From positions 108,004,001-108,068,000 of the forward strand of contig NC_042997.1 in the NCBI RefSeq assembly GCF_006345805.1: a DNA stretch of 64,000 nt, given 5' to 3'. Below are positions 37,950-53,239 of the stretch, one piece after another. The notes under the pieces were generated by a model. That model was not told the origin of the DNA and did no database searches. It saw only the letters and a list, made by a program, of their open reading frames with translations. Numbering within the stretch: the first letter of the stretch is position 1; each line of letters opens with the position of its first letter. Origin of the DNA: Octopus sinensis (lineage: Eukaryota). The position numbers and the translations under genes were made by a program.

Positions 37950-40690
37950 ATCGCTTGACTTATGATTAATCTGGAAGCGTGTACCCCAGGAGGGAACCAG
38001 CTTGGGATTGAAAAGTCATCGACTGGCACACACTCTTCTCTGAATACGAACCTGGATAGTCACTTGAACGGAAACTGCCCCAACTCGAGCCCCCCAAGCC
38101 CACCACCACAGCCACCACAAAATTTAAAGTGTAAGAGGATCAAATGGACCCGAGAAGAGTATACAGAAGTAATATACACCTATTACTATGCATTAGGTAG
38201 GTCATCTGAAGAGAAACACACAGCACACTCCTGTCAAATATGGAGGACATAAAATCAAGGCAGCAGACTATATTTGGACGAATGTAAGTTAGTGAATGTT
38301 AGGAGGGATACCTTTATAGATAAGAGACTCACAGATAGTGAAATAACCGCAATCATGTAAGCAGCAAAAAATGATAACGCATTTCCTGAAGAACAGAGAG
38401 AGTCTATGATAGAAATGAAGCAGAAAATCGTGAATAAATTTGCAAGACATGCCAATATGCATGATAGAGAACCACTTCATAAACTTCCAAATACAATTCA
38501 AAGTAAAAAAACAAATTAAAATTGTCAACTATGTAACAAAAGAAATCATGCAAGAACTAAAACCTGATCTCACAGAGTTAAATGAAATTATTTTCGCATC
38601 TGATAAAATAATTGAAACCAGTTGTATGTCTCCGAAAATACAAAGAAATACAAACATGGGAAGAATTCCAAACTGAAGAAGTAAAATCGAAAAAGAGATT
38701 GAAATAATGAGAGGTGACATATCAATATTAAATGAACTAACGATGTAAGATCCAGAAAAGGAATAAAGACGAAGAGAAAATTTAAATTCTCTCCAAGAGA
38801 AGAACTGCTTTCAACAAAAGAAACTCTGCAACAAAAAGTCCAATCAAAATCTCAAAGAATACGAAGATTTGAGAAGCGAGACAAGTTTTACAAGCAAAAA
38901 AAAAAGAAGCTGTTTACATCCAATTCGAAAACATTCTACAGAGAAAGATGGAAGGGGAAAATAACCGTTGAAGAATCCCATTTCCATGGAAGAAGTTGAA
39001 AGTTTTGAGAAAAATATTTGGAGTGATGAAAAGACATTCAATGAACATGCAGACTGGATTAGACACACAGAAGGATCCTACCAAAATTTACCAGAACAAG
39101 CATGAGAAGACATTACAATGGCAGATTTAAGGATGACACTCATGAAGACTCGTTAGTGGAAGTCCCCTGGTAAAGATAAAGTACCAAATTTCTAGCTCGC
39201 AGCTCTCTCATGCGCATACGAATAGTTCAGCTATTCAATGATTGGTTAGGCAGTAGTATTGCTTACCTACTTCCAAAGAACAATGAAACCAATTTTCCCC
39301 CAAACTATCGGCCCATAACGTATAAAATTTTAACATTCATCCTCGTGGAGAAAACATACAAATTTATGGAACAAAAATGGCATTCAGCATGCAAGCATGA
39401 AAGAGTAGATCAGAAAGAAAATTTACAGGAAAGTTCGAGCAGTCCTAAAATCCAAGTTAAATGCACACAGTAAGGTGTTAGCTATAAATTCCTGCTGTTT
39501 TTTTTTACAGTTTCAATGCGTTGAACGGGAATATGAGCGAAACGAGGAAGATTGACAGGAAAATCCACAAGCTACTGACTTGCAATACTATGCACCACCC
39601 AAAGGCAGACGCAGATCATCTTTACATTCTCAGAGTCCAAGGAGGCCGAGGCTTGATCCAGTTTGAAACCTCTTACAAAACCATCACAATTGGACTGGCA
39701 AAATATTTTGAAACATCTAACGACCGGATGCTAAAACTCGTTAAAACCACGAGAGACGTAAGAAGCTTCATTCTGTCTTGAAGGAGAGCAAAACGTTTGC
39801 TAGTGAGTTTATGCATAATATCCAGATAGGAGAGCATGATGAAAGTGTGGAAACTGTTGTTGCAAAGAAGGTGAAATCAATGGCAAAGGAAAAAGCGTTT
39901 AAAAAATTAGCTGATAGGTGGAAACAGGAATCTCTGCATGGCAAATATGTGACCCGTAGCAAACAAGTTGCTGTAGATCAGAAGAACAACCATCAGTGGC
40001 TACGGAGTTCAGACTAAGGGCAGAGAGCAAAGGCTTTATCTTAGTTGCTCAAGATCAGAGCTTATTGACCCACAACTACCAAATCAACGTGATAAAAACT
40101 GGAGTAAGCCCAAATTGCCAGTTCTGCAACGATGAGATTGAAACAGTGGACCCCCTAATCTCTGGGTGGAAGGTTTTAGCACCGTAGAATATAAATCAAG
40201 ACATGAGAGGGTTGGCCAATGCCTACACAAGATAATATGTTGGCATTATAACACTGAAACTGTTGACAAATGGTACAAACACCACACTGAGTCTGTAACT
40301 GAGGGAGAAAGCGTAACGATTCTTTGAGACTTTCTTGTACATACAGACCGGACAATCAAAGCTAATAAACCAGACATTGTTGTAAAACACCAAAGCAATA
40401 AAATCTGTTTATTGATTGACATGAGCAGGTCCTGTGATTATAATATCTCGGCAAAAGAAATTGATGAGCTCAGAAAATACAAAGATTTGCTGATTGAAAT
40501 CGAAAAACTATGGCATCTCAAGACAGTTACAATACCAGTGATTGTAGGAGCACTTGGAATGATCAAAACGGGAGCAGAAAATTATTTAAGAATGATCCCT
40601 ATCTTACCATCCACGCAGGAAGTGAAAAAGATTGTCTTAACTGGTAACTGGTAACTGGTCACACGTATTGAGAAGAGCATCTTCGCTGTG
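37950..40690 (+). mobile_element. R4/Dong-clade LINE, longest decayed copy (N-terminus, partial RT, Zn knuckle, RLE)
   Basis: KRIKWTREEYTEV, NYRPIT, MHHPKADADHLYILRVQGGRGLIQ, CQFC...ETVD, KPDIVV...LIDM...KYKDL and IPVIVGALGMI. Confidence 0.88.
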
Positions 40691-40918
40691 AATTGCCTTT
40701 CTCTCTTCCTCTTTATTTTCTTTGTTTCTTTTTTTTTCTTCCTTTTTTGCTTTTTCTTTCTGTCTTTCTTCTCATTTTTTTCTATCACATGACTTTGTAA
40801 ATGAATAATCTGGTGTGTTTATTTTAATGAGCTATCAATGCATATAATGAGTTTCTTTGCCTTAGGTTTCGGGAAGACACCCGACAAGAAATGGAAACAA
40901 AATTATAAGATAATAATG

Positions 40919-41108
<190 letters not shown>

Positions 41109-41174
41109 GATGATGATGATGATAATAATAATAATAATAATAATTAATATTATTATTATTATTATTATTATTAT

Positions 41175-42245
41175 GGATTTACCAAAGAAATAGATATGAA
41201 ATTTGGATTAGAAAAATACGCCAAAGTAACCCTGAAAAGAGGAAAATTAGTTAAGAGTAGCAACATCACACTAGATAAAACCAATGAAATAAAAGAATTA
41301 GACCAAAGCCAAACTTACAAATAATTAGGAATCCATGAACTAGATAAGACACAACACACACAAATGAAAGAGAAAATAAAAAAAGAATATTATAGACGAG
41401 TTAGATCAATACTAAAAACAGAGCTCAATGCTAAAAACAAGATAATAGGTATTAACACTTTAGCCGTCCCAGTTATAAGTTACAGCTACAATATCCTTAA
41501 CTGGACACTAAATGAACTAACCAAAATAGATAGGAAAACAAGAAAAATAATGACAGGATCTAGGATGCATCACCCAAAATCTGACATAGGAAGGCTATAT
41601 ATACAACGTAAAGAAAGTGGTAGAGGCCTTATACAGCTGGAAAACTACTATAAAATAACCATCACAGGACTGCAAAAATATCTACTTCAGAAGGAAAGAA
41701 AACTGATACAAATAGCGGCAAAACAAAAAATTGTTCTCAGTATTTAAGGAAGCTGACAAATACAAACAAGAAATCATACCACCTAACAAATATGAAGAAG
41801 AAGAAGAAGAAGAAGAAGAAGAAGAAGAAGAAGAAGAAGAAGAAGAAGAAGAAGAAGAAGAAGAAGAAGAAGAAGAAAAGCTATGAAACAAATGAAATCA
41901 AAACTTAAACTAGAACAGCAACGGACCATGATAAAACGATGGCAAAAAAAGCCCCTTCATGGCAAGTACTGGACTAAACTAAATGCAAAAGAAATAGACA
42001 AAGAAAGATCCCAGCAGTGGTTGAGAAGCTCAGGACTCAAAGCAGAGACAGAGAGATTTTTAACTCGAATGTGGAATCTAAAAACAGAAACAATTCCTAT
42101 CATAGTAGGTGCATTAGGCATGATAAAAAAATATTCAGACAAATACATAACAAAAACACCAGGACTTACAAACACATATAACATACAGAAAATTGCACTA
42201 CTAGGCACTGCACACATCCTACGCAGAACACTTTCAATACAGTAA
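41175..42245 (+). mobile_element. R4/Dong-clade LINE fragment with internal deletion
   Basis: EYYRRVRSILKTELNAKNKIIGINTLAVPVISYS...MHHPKSDIGRLYIQRKESGRGLIQ...IPIIVGALGMI. Confidence 0.88.
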
Positions 42246-42393
42246 CCATCAGAGCATCACAACAAATCACAGCACATACCCAAGGCACACAGAGCTGCGC
42301 TCGGTAGTGAAATGAAAGCACGTTATAAAAATAAAACTACTGAATGAAAATGATAATAATAATAATAATAATATAATAATAATAATAATAATA

Positions 42394-42439
<46 letters not shown>

Positions 42440-42456
42440 TATAATAATAATAATAA

Positions 42457-43290
42457 ATGGGCAACTGGAAGGCCCTGGGGCTAGATGGAGTTGATGGTTA
42501 CTGGATCAAAAGATTTGGTGAATGTCATGCACGAATAGCTGCGCAACTCAACACTTTGTTAAATGCCGATCAAGGGGAACACCAGAGTGGTTGACATTAG
42601 GTAGGACGGTGGTGTGCCTGAAAAACATCGAAAAAGGCAATATGGTAGACAATTACAGGCCGATATCCTGTTTGCCACTTATGTGGAAGTTATTGACTGG
42701 AATACTCGCAGAGTCAATGTACGAACATCTGGGAAAAAATGGATTCCCGCCACATGAGCAGAAGGGTTGCAAGCATAAGTGCAGAGGTACCAAGGATCAA
42801 CTCCTGATAGATAAAAGTCGAAATTAAACGGACGGAATAAGATTGAAGCTATCAACATCTGGGCGGTTTCACATCTTATATATGGAGCAGGGGTGATCGC
42901 ATGGACAGTAGACGAACTAAACAACTTAGACAGAAAGACAAGGAAGTTTCTAACTAGATATGGGTCACTCCACCCAAAAAGTGACACAGACAGATTTTAT
43001 GTACCAAGAAAAAGAGGGGAAGAGGACTGATTGGATGTGAACACAGCATTAGAACAGAAGAAAACAACATAGCATGGTATGTAAAAAATGCTACAGATCC
43101 ACTGTTATTGGAAGTAAGAAGATCAGCCTGTGTAGGATGAAAGATTGCAAAGATAAAGCACTATACAAGAAATTTAAAATGAATGAAACTGAAAATAGGT
43201 GGGTAAAGAAAAGAATGCATGAACAATTTCATAGGGATGTTGAATATAGGACAGACAGAGAAAAAGATGTCTATGGATGACTAAAAGTGA
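42457..43290 (+). mobile_element. R4/Dong-clade LINE fragment (RT start and later part)
   Basis: [19 protein letters not shown]...[20 protein letters not shown], and LHPKSDTDRFYVPRKRG. Confidence 0.85.
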
Positions 43291-44491
43291 TTTAAAACTG
43301 GAAAAATATGCAAATCGTTCTTCTCGGCACTTTACGATCGCACCATCTTCAGTAACGCTTTCTTCCTTGGTCACAAGATGTCTTACATACAATATGAAAT
43401 AATTGCCAATTATATTGGGGTGTGGATAATGAAGGTGGGACAGGAGAATAACTTAATAAAGTGTATCAAAACAGGTCGAACATTTAGAATACAGAGAAAT
43501 GGGAACCTCAGAGGAAAGGGTGAGCTGTCGCTTTTCACTTCGTATCAGAGGACACCAAGCATTTTGGCCACTCTTTGGACTGACCATTGGTCACAGACCA
43601 GAAGAAATGATATTCTGTATTATTACAGTGTTAATAGGACATTAAGCTTGAACTCTTCAGGATCATATTAAGAAATATGTTAACGAAAATGAGAACAATA
43701 GCGGAGGGGTGGGGTGGGGGAAAGAGATGAAACGTGTTGAAAGGTCATGAGTAAAAGGTCATATGACCTTGCACTCAAATGAAAAGTAAAGATATCATAT
43801 AAATATTTCAACTCTGTATTAAATTATGTTGGAGCAGTGGTTAGTATAATTGCTCGTGGCCTGGTACCTTATTCCCTGAGTTCAAATCATAATCAATCCA
43901 CTTTTGTTTTTCTTCCTTCTGGAGCCAATGAAATAGGTTCTAGTTAAGGGTCATTTTAATTAACTGGTGACCTTCACCTTGGAAGATCATGCTAATTAAT
44001 TAATATCTTGTTCTACCAGTCCTGCTGTTAACCACCTTAATTATGATAATGAGTCCCAACGAAGGCACTAAAATGTAATTTTTCGGAACAAGAACCCAAA
44101 CTGATAAAGAAAAATTCCTGCATTTGGCTGGTCCCGGTTTTAGTTACCTCCCAGCAGGATTCGAACTCAGAAGCTGCGCGGCACCGAACCAAACTGTTTT
44201 AAATAATATTACATGTAACTCCAGTCAAAAGTGTTAGGTAACTCCCTCTTTCGTTTGTATGTGTATGTGTGTGTGTGTTTGTTTGTGTGTGTGCGTGTGT
44301 GTTTGTGTGTGTGTGTGTGTGTGTGAGAGTGTGTTGTGTGTGTGTGTGTGTGTGTGTGTTGTCGTGCGCGCGAGTGTATGGAAAATAATGATAGACACAA
44401 GTTTCACCACTACGGTTGTTTAGAGTCTTGCAATAGGTGTTCCAAATGCTTTGAATGCTCAACCACAACAGATTCTCAGGGAACACTCCAT

Positions 44492-44540
<49 letters not shown>

Positions 44541-44794
44541 TCTTTCCTTTATGTCTGATGCCTATGCAGTCATCTGAAGAGAGGTGTTTCTTTCAAATTG
44601 ATGTAATGTTCTCATTAATTGATTAATTAAATGGAACCACTTGAAACAGCCGTAAGGAATCGACACCTTTACATCTTGGTTACTTTTCAAGCAGCTCCAT
44701 TTAATTGAACAATGCAATCATTACATCAATTTAAATGCAGGGCTATCCTCAGCTGCATAAATAAATAGAATTTTTAATCAGTTGGACACATTAA

Positions 44795-45065
44795 TCAAGG
44801 TATCTTTTTACGTCATTCAAGAAATTGAAATTTTTACCATTAAGACTATTCTGCAGAGACCTGAATAAGTGGAAATCCGAAGGAGCAATATCTGGTGAAT
44901 ATGGAGGGTGGGATAACACATCCCAGCCGAGCTGCAGCAATTTTTGTCTGGTTCCCCAAAAACGTGCAGTCTTGCATTATCATGTTGGAAAACAACACCC
45001 TTCCTGTTGGCCAATTCTGGACGTTTCTCTTAAATTGCTGCTTTTAACTCGTCCAGTCGTGTGCA
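44795..45065 (-). mobile_element. mariner (DD34D) transposase C-terminal fragment
   Basis: NRKGVVFQHDNAR followed, after a frameshift, by HPPYSPDIAPSDFHLFRSLQNSL. Confidence 0.85.
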
Positions 45066-45066
45066 G

Positions 45067-45099
<33 letters not shown>

Positions 45100-45824
45100 A
45101 ATAATTATTACCTTTGAAGGTTATTTTTTCCATGCTGGCCACTTGGTAATTTCGTTGTTTTATTTTAAATTAACGATCTTATCCTTATATATATATATAT
45201 ATATACACCGGAATAATACGGTATATCATTATTAATAGTTTAGTCTTAAAAAGTGAGAAAAAGTATATATTGCCACGATATTCCGGTTTACCGGACGCCC
45301 CTTCGCACCTGATGGTCCCTCTAATTACAATAGCCGCGCATCATGTCGTTTGATTTTTTTTTTAGATACAAGTACACTGTATCTTGTATCTCTTATTCCT
45401 GCTTTCAGTCACAGCTTGCAAATTAGTAGAGCGACTAACAACGCTTTTTAAATCATCGTTACATTTGATCATACACAATGTTTATTTCAACAGAATAATT
45501 TTTAAGGTCGTGAGCCAATTTCATTGAAATTAGGTTACTTGCTGGTCCCTCCCTCCCTCTCCGTCTCTCTTAGTCTCTCTCTCTCTCTCATTTTTATAGT
45601 ATAGATTACTGTATCTAGTGGTAATACAAACTAAGTATTTCAAAACCATGATTATTTTTAATTTCTGCTCAATCTCCCGTTGGTGGTACGTGCATATTAG
45701 ATGCAATGCAGATTTTTGGTAGTTTTTTTTTTTTGGGGGGGGGGGGGGGAAACTGCGACCAGTAGCTATCCCTAGTAGTTTGTTGAGTGTTGTGTTTTTC
45801 ACAGCGTGTTATTGAAATCCTAAG

Positions 45825-46695
45825 ATGCCGCCCAAATGCCCTACACCATCTAAAGCTTCTGTCAGTGAACCTAAGCGCCAGAGAAAGGTTATGACGCTCC
45901 ATGAAAAGGCACAACTGCTGGATATGTTTCGGTAAGGTAAAAGTTATGCTGCAGTTGGTCGCTATTGTGTTGTCAACGAAAGCACCACAGGCTACATAAA
46001 GAAGAACGAGGTGTTGATCAGGACTAGCGTAGCAGTAAGTTTCTGTGAATGTGCCAAAAAGATAACGATAGTGAGAAATAAGTACTTCGGCGGGATGGAA
46101 TCTGCCTTGGCAATGGAATCTTCCTTAGCATTGTGGATCAGTAACAATAAGTGACTGCAAGAAGAAAAACATACCCTTGAGCGGTAACATCATCCACGAG
46201 AAAACGCGGAAATTATACCAGCAGTTCGACAGAGCGGACGGAGCAGAAGGCACTGAAGAACTGCAATCAAGACCATTGACAGCGCCAGAGCCGGAAGATT
46301 TTCACACCAGCAAAGGATGGTCCGCGAACCCAAAGGCCTTCAAAGATAAGAATAAAAATCCGCTGCCTGTCCACTGGATGAACAACCCCAAGGCCTGGAT
46401 CACCAAAAGTCTAATTTTGAATTGGTTCCACCACTGCTTCATCCACCAAGCCAAGGAATACCTCTAAAATGTTTGCATGGAATTCAAGGTGTTGCTTGTT
46501 ATGGATAATGCTGGTGGTCACTCTTTGGATTTGAATCACGAAGGAGTTCGAGTTCCTCCCTACCAACGCCACCTCCCTCATCCAGCCTATGGATCAAGGC
46601 GTGATCCGTGCCTTCAAGACACTTTACACTCGGAACTCTCTCCAACACTTAGTGGACGCAATTGATTCGGACGAGAATTTCAAGTTAAATGAGTA
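45825..46695 (+). mobile_element. pogo/Tigger1-like transposase pseudogene (CENP-B HTH and DDE), internally deleted
   Basis: PKRQRKVMTLHEKAQLLD, KAWITKSLILNWFHHCFI, VLLVMDNAGGH and LIQPMDQGVIRAFK. Confidence 0.88.
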
Positions 46696-47382
46696 ACATA
46701 ACGATCGTCACGTGCCTTGAAGGTAAAAAGCAGTTTTGGGAAATCAGCGACCACCATTACAATCTCCACCGCTATTTTCAAGCCCCCCCCCCCAATGAAA
46801 CGTAATTTAAAAACAGTAGCGAAATATTGTTTAATTTTTTTCATTAACCGCATCCCTCCATAAATCCTAAAATTTCGGCTTTTTTTTTTACAAATTTTGT
46901 TTTAATGCGAAAAGGTGTTTGATAATGATGATTTAACTGTTGTTTCTAGCACACCACACGACCATCGGTTGCCTTATTCATTTCTTTGTCTCCCTGACAT
47001 GTATCTCCAATATTTTTCTCTCAATAAACGCATTTTCTGGAATTATAATGTTGCTGGCATGTAAGCAACAATAATTTGTAATTTAATTTTTTAAGCCTCA
47101 ACTCTGCATCAGGCAACTGTGTGTGTGTGTGTGTGTATGTGTAAGAAGAAACATATTTACAAACAAAAAAGTATGCTATTAACGCAATAACGTATCATTT
47201 CCCTTTTTTAAATTACTCTGTCACCCTAATGAAATGCCTCATACATCTCATGCATACACACATACGCCGACAAATACACAGACATTCAGCGTGAGGGATA
47301 TACTTTTATATAGAGAGAGAAAGTGTGAAGAAAACGTATAGAGAGGGGTAAAGCAAAAATGAAAGAGAAAGAGAGAGAGAGC

Positions 47383-47490
<108 letters not shown>

Positions 47491-48681
47491 CTCTTTTCTG
47501 TTGCTGTCATATATTTCGAAATTTTAAAATTAAGTGAAAATTTTCAGGTTTTGGTATATTGACGTACTTTTTCACGCTGAATCCATGTTTGTGATTCATT
47601 TATTCCAGACCAAAAATAAAAAAAAAGAAAGAAAATTAGAAATATGTTACAGAGGCTTAAAGTTTGGTAATTTTCATCCAATGAGAAAACAGGGTTTGCG
47701 CGTAATAGTTGTCATAAAACGAAAGTAAACATTAGGTGATGAGATTTTAAACAAAACGAAAGCTATGAGAGTTAATACATATAGAAAGCGAGTGAGTGTC
47801 AAAGAGAATGGTAAATAACAGAGAGAGATACACTGGTGGGGAAAGATAGAGTGGAAGAGTTGTCGATCTAAAAGTAAGTCATTTCTCGTAGCAAGTTACG
47901 TTTTTCTATTATTGTTTTCGTACGAATTTTCTTTGAGACGCAGATTTCGAAAATCAAGTTCGTTTTTCTCGAGGATATACCTTCAGAGACTTTCTGGGCT
48001 AAACACACACACACTCGCATTTATACCGTTGAAGATATATATATCATATTGTATCATATTATATTGCATTATATATTTGCAGCACAAATATTGGCGGAGT
48101 CCCAAACACCAACTCTCTGCCAAAGATTGATGTGTCAACAAACGAGTAACTCATGTAAATTTCCAATTGCAAAAGCAACAGAACCAACTGACCCCCTATT
48201 GTTAACATTTTTGTCATTGGTGCCTTTTCTTTAACAGACCATCGACATTATAGAGATGTTTTATCTGATGACTAGTCAGTGTTTGTACGCAGCTTACATG
48301 AACGGATGTAGACATTTACGCCACTCAGCTTTAACTACAGGATGCGACGACGACGAAGACGATGGTCGTGACCCAGCTTGAGCGAACTTGCTGCAAGAAT
48401 GTACGATACTCACGACTCTTGTCGTTGCTGAAACACGACATTTCTCATGGACACACACCAACTGATTCACTTGGTATAAATATCTCTTTTCTTTCTCTCG
48501 TCGCCAGAACCGTCATTTATGTCTACGTTACACATTTCATATTAATAGACAAAACACCAAGTCACGTTGTTAAGCGATATTGCTGGTTGGTTTGCCTCTT
48601 TCTGTCACACTAGGAAGAGAAACTATGTGAGAGGAGTGTGTGTGAGAGGGGGTGGCAAAGAGAGAGAGAGAGAGAGAGAAA

Positions 48682-48746
<65 letters not shown>

Positions 48747-50265
48747 GAAAAGGAAAGTAAAATTATATCCAGGAGGGGAATTGTTGGAGATGTAAGATGA
48801 AATGACTGCATCGAGCTTGTTGGGTGTGTCTGCGCTCAGAGTTCAAGTATTGCCCAGTTCAACTTTCGCGTTCATCCTTCTGGGTTCGATAAAATAAAAT
48901 CACCAATGGAGGCCGGTGGATTGTTAAAGGTTCAGGCGAGATAACATTGTGGAATTTATTCCGACTATTTTTGGAACGGTGGAACTCGAAGCAGATACAG
49001 TTATAAATAACAGCGTGTAAGTATTAAGTTTAAAACTCTTTGAATAGAAAAAAATTGAATGCTGCCCGTCTGACTCGAACCAACATCTTCTGGAAACATA
49101 ACAAATGTTCTACTATTGATAACCATCGAGTTTTTCTATCCCAATGTTTGCATGCCATTATTTATAGCTGTAGCTGCTTCGAGTTTCACCGTTCAAAAGA
49201 AAAAAAAAGAATATATGTATATGTATGTATATGAGTGTGTCTGAATGTATGAAGCAATGAGCAAATAAGGGACGACAACACGGGTGAGATAAGTTTTAAA
49301 GATGTTGTATTTTGATTGAACTCCTGTTCTTCATCAGACCAAACAGAACGGGGAAAGATATAATGAAAGAGGAAAACTGGCAGGAAAGGGAAAAAAAACA
49401 GACCCTTATATATTCTTTTCTACGCTAGGCACAAGACCCGAAATTTTGAGGAAGGGGGCCAGTCGATTAGATTGACCCCAGTAAGCAACTGGTACTTAAT
49501 TTATCGACTCCGAATGGATGAAAAGCAAAGTTGACCTCGGCGGAATTTGAACTCAGAACATAAAGACAGACGAAATACCTATTTCTTTACTACCCACAAG
49601 GGGCTAAACACAGAGAGGACAAACAAGGACAGACAAACGGATTAAGTCGATTATATCGACCCCCAGTGCGTAACTGGTTCTTATTTAATCGACCCCGAAA
49701 TGATGAAAGGCAAAGTCAACCTCGGCGTGCTAACGTTTCTGCCAGCTCGCCGCCTTAGTAACAAAAATATATTGCTTGATAGATTGGGTATACCATTATA
49801 AATGAAACAAAATATTATGTCCTCATTCGGTTTCATGACAAGATCTGAGAAAAGCCCGGCATCGTCAGAGATATCAGAAAGGAATGGTAGGATGTGGTCT
49901 TTTAGCCATTGGAGATCTGAAAGTGTCACTTCGAGTTCGCGGGTTTTAAGGCTGTACACACACACACACACACGCACGCACTCACGTATGCGTGCGCAAA
50001 TGGAACAGTATTTCAGAAAATCCAAGGTTTCTTGAGATACAACTTTAAAAGTCGAATATAGTCATCAGAAAGTTTTAAATAATCAAAACCCAAAATGGAA
50101 GTTCGATAGGTTGAATGTATCGATCACTTTTGATTCGTTATATATTTACTGAGTTAGAGTCTGTGTTTGTGAAGCACAAACAAATGGTTCTACTTTGAAG
50201 TTATTCCTCAGAAACTTTGGGATATGACGGTAAGTCAAGATAAGCTCAGATGTTTTTATTTAGTA

Positions 50266-50659
50266 CTAGCAGTATCGCCCGGCGTTGATCGGGTTTGTTT
50301 CAACCCTTTAGAATTGGAATTTTTGAAAAGTAAAACTTTTGCATTATGTAGCTTGTTATTATCTTTAAGTGAACATTTTTCTGGTTGAAATACACCGAAA
50401 AATGGCGACACAGCAGTAAAAAAAATCGTTAAAAATAGGGATTTTCATAGAAAAAAAGCACCTTTTCATGTAAATAATTTTTGGTGTTAACATGGTCCGA
50501 TTTGAATTTTTTTCTTCTACGGAAGGAAGAGCAAGCCTTCTTCTATCATACTCTCAATTTTGGTCAACTTGTGCCGCAGGGTCTCGGAGGAGATAGTGTT
50601 AGTTGAAGGCTACCAAACCTGCCATACACAGACAACTTCAGCTTTATATATAGAGAGAT
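50266..50659 (-). mobile_element. Non-autonomous Helitron variant 3
   Basis: CTAGCAGTATCGCCCGGCGTTGATCGGG terminus, with the other end ...CTTTATATATAGAGAGA. Confidence 0.75.
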
Positions 50660-51495
50660 TGGAGTCAGGTAACGGACGATGCTGAGCTTCTCTATGTAAT
50701 TATTCGCATTTCTCCTGCACTCTCTGAGTCTCAAAAGAATATGGATAATGAAGTAATGTTCTTATTTAGATGACAGCGGTAGAATAAGGTGTTGTATTAG
50801 TGCAGGTGGCACTAACAAAACAGCTGAGGAATACTCTACTTAGACCCCCGACTTAAAGTAGAAAAATATTCATATTTAGCGAGTTGATTATAGTAAAAGT
50901 GTTCACTCTACACACTGTATTGAGTACTCTTATTTTTGTCTGTGAAGCCACTTAGATATTATATTTTAACAATTCCATTCTTTTGTCTAGAAATATGTCA
51001 ACACCACGGCGCGAACGTAAGATAAATACTTTCTTTGGTCGCAACAGTATGAGCTTGACAGACATTATATACGGTGTCTGGCCGTGTGCGTGTCTCTTAT
51101 ATATGCGTTTGTGTGATTTGGATGTGAAAGGGGTGCGTAATTATCAATCATATCACATAAAACACTTGAATTTCATACGAAATGACAAGTTGGAATATTT
51201 GTTGGTAAGCTTGCGGATGAAAGCGCCAAATGAACAACGAGAAATTATGACGCCAGCCATCACACTCCACAAACACTGAATAACAAATGCCAAACCCGAT
51301 GACATTAATCACCCTACGTCTGTGTGTGTGTGTGTGAGTGTGTGGGAGTGAGTGTGTGTGCGCGTATGTATACGTATATGTGTAGCTGAAAAAGTGAATA
51401 GGAATAGATTTTCTGATAATTTCCCACTTTAATAATAATTAGATGTTTATAAAACATTAACTGTACATATATGTATGTTAGTATGTATTCGTAGA

Positions 51496-51529
<34 letters not shown>

Positions 51530-51668
51530 TATTCGTGTGTGTGTGTGAGTATCTGAAATGATAATGACATCAGTGGTGCCTCGCAATGGCCACAGTAGAG
51601 AGGCTGCAACAGGTAAAAGTGTACATAAATGCATGCATATATGTATCTATATGTGCATATATATATAT

Positions 51669-51733
<65 letters not shown>

Positions 51734-52072
51734 ATATGCATGTGTATCTACCTATCTGTCTGTCTGTCTGTCATTTCGTCCGTCTGTCCGTCAATATGAG
51801 AATGAAAATTCTCAATGAATTTTTTTTTTTGCGAAAAATCCGTTTTGTTTCCTTTCTTTTTTTTGTAGAGAAAGTTTAGAACTGAAAGTTTGCAATACAC
51901 TCTAGAAATTTATCAGCCAATTTACAATTTTTGTATTTCTTGCACAACATAAACGAGTCAGCCATGTGCATTCCTCTTCTACGACACAATTTCGAATATA
52001 GCACTACATAAGGAAAACTATGTCAGGTCTCGCGACACTTCGCTGAAAACCGTCTGCTTAATAATAATAATG

Positions 52073-52127
<55 letters not shown>

Positions 52128-52481
52128 TAATAATAATAATAATAGTGGGGGAGCATCATAGCCATGTGTTGAGAGGGATTCTTTGGGGTTTGAATAGTTC
52201 ACCTCTGGAAACATGGGTGGTTCTTTCAACATCCTTAAGCAACCCTTATTCAGGGACCGTTTGAGCGGGATGGGCTACTCAACCTGAAGAAAATTCTAAC
52301 TGGGCCCCACCTGCAAGGTCATGTGCTGTTTATCTTGATATGAGATCACCATGTCGCGCACATATGGTTGTGATGCATGTGCCTGGTGTACCTTTATCAG
52401 ACGGGTAGTCATGATGGGTATATTGGGCTTCGTATATTTTACCCCAGTGTCACTTTGATGGCATGAACTGCTCTCTCACTC

Positions 52482-52541
<60 letters not shown>

Positions 52542-52659
52542 AAGAAGAAGAATAACAATAACAATAACGATAACGATGACGATGACGATGACGGCGACGG
52601 CGGCGGCGGCGGCGACGGCGGCGACGACGACGACGACGACGACGATGATGATGATGATG

Positions 52660-52707
<48 letters not shown>
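52482..52707. repeat. Compound trinucleotide array (AAT, AAG, AAC, GAT/GAC, GGC)
   Basis: Read directly from the sequence. Confidence 0.9.
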
Positions 52708-53239
52708 TAGATCTTAACTGATTGGAAGTGTTATCATGTACATTGTTTTGTCTTGGTATAAAAGATGGGCTACAGCAAATATTCTGCTCAATACCACAGA
52801 TTTGCTTGTCAGTTGTTTGACCTTAACCAGTTGAGCATGTCCCTTAGTGGCTGGCGATATGTGCATCTCTGATCACGAGCAGAAGTAGTGGGGGAGCATC
52901 ATAGCCATGTGTTGAGAAGGATTCTTTGGGGTTTGAATAATTCACCCCTGGAAACATGGGTGTTTCGTTCAACGTCCTTAAACAACCCTTATTCAGGGAC
53001 CTTTTGAGCGGGATGGGTTACTCGATCTGAAGAAAATTCTAACTGGGCTCCACCTGCAAGGTCATGTGCTGTTTATCTTGATATGAGATCACCATGTCGC
53101 GCACATATGGTTGTGATGCATGTGCCTGGTGTACCCTTATCAGACGGGTAGTCATGATGGGTATACTGGGCTTCGTATATTTTACCCCAGTGTCACTTTG
53201 ATGGCATGCTCTGCTCGCTCACTCAATAATAATAATTAT

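Noticed and set aside
47930-47995. Minus-strand CTGAAGG...TTTC-GAAAT-CTGC-GTC resembling an HHR
   Set aside because: The core has two substitutions and there is no stem I pairing.
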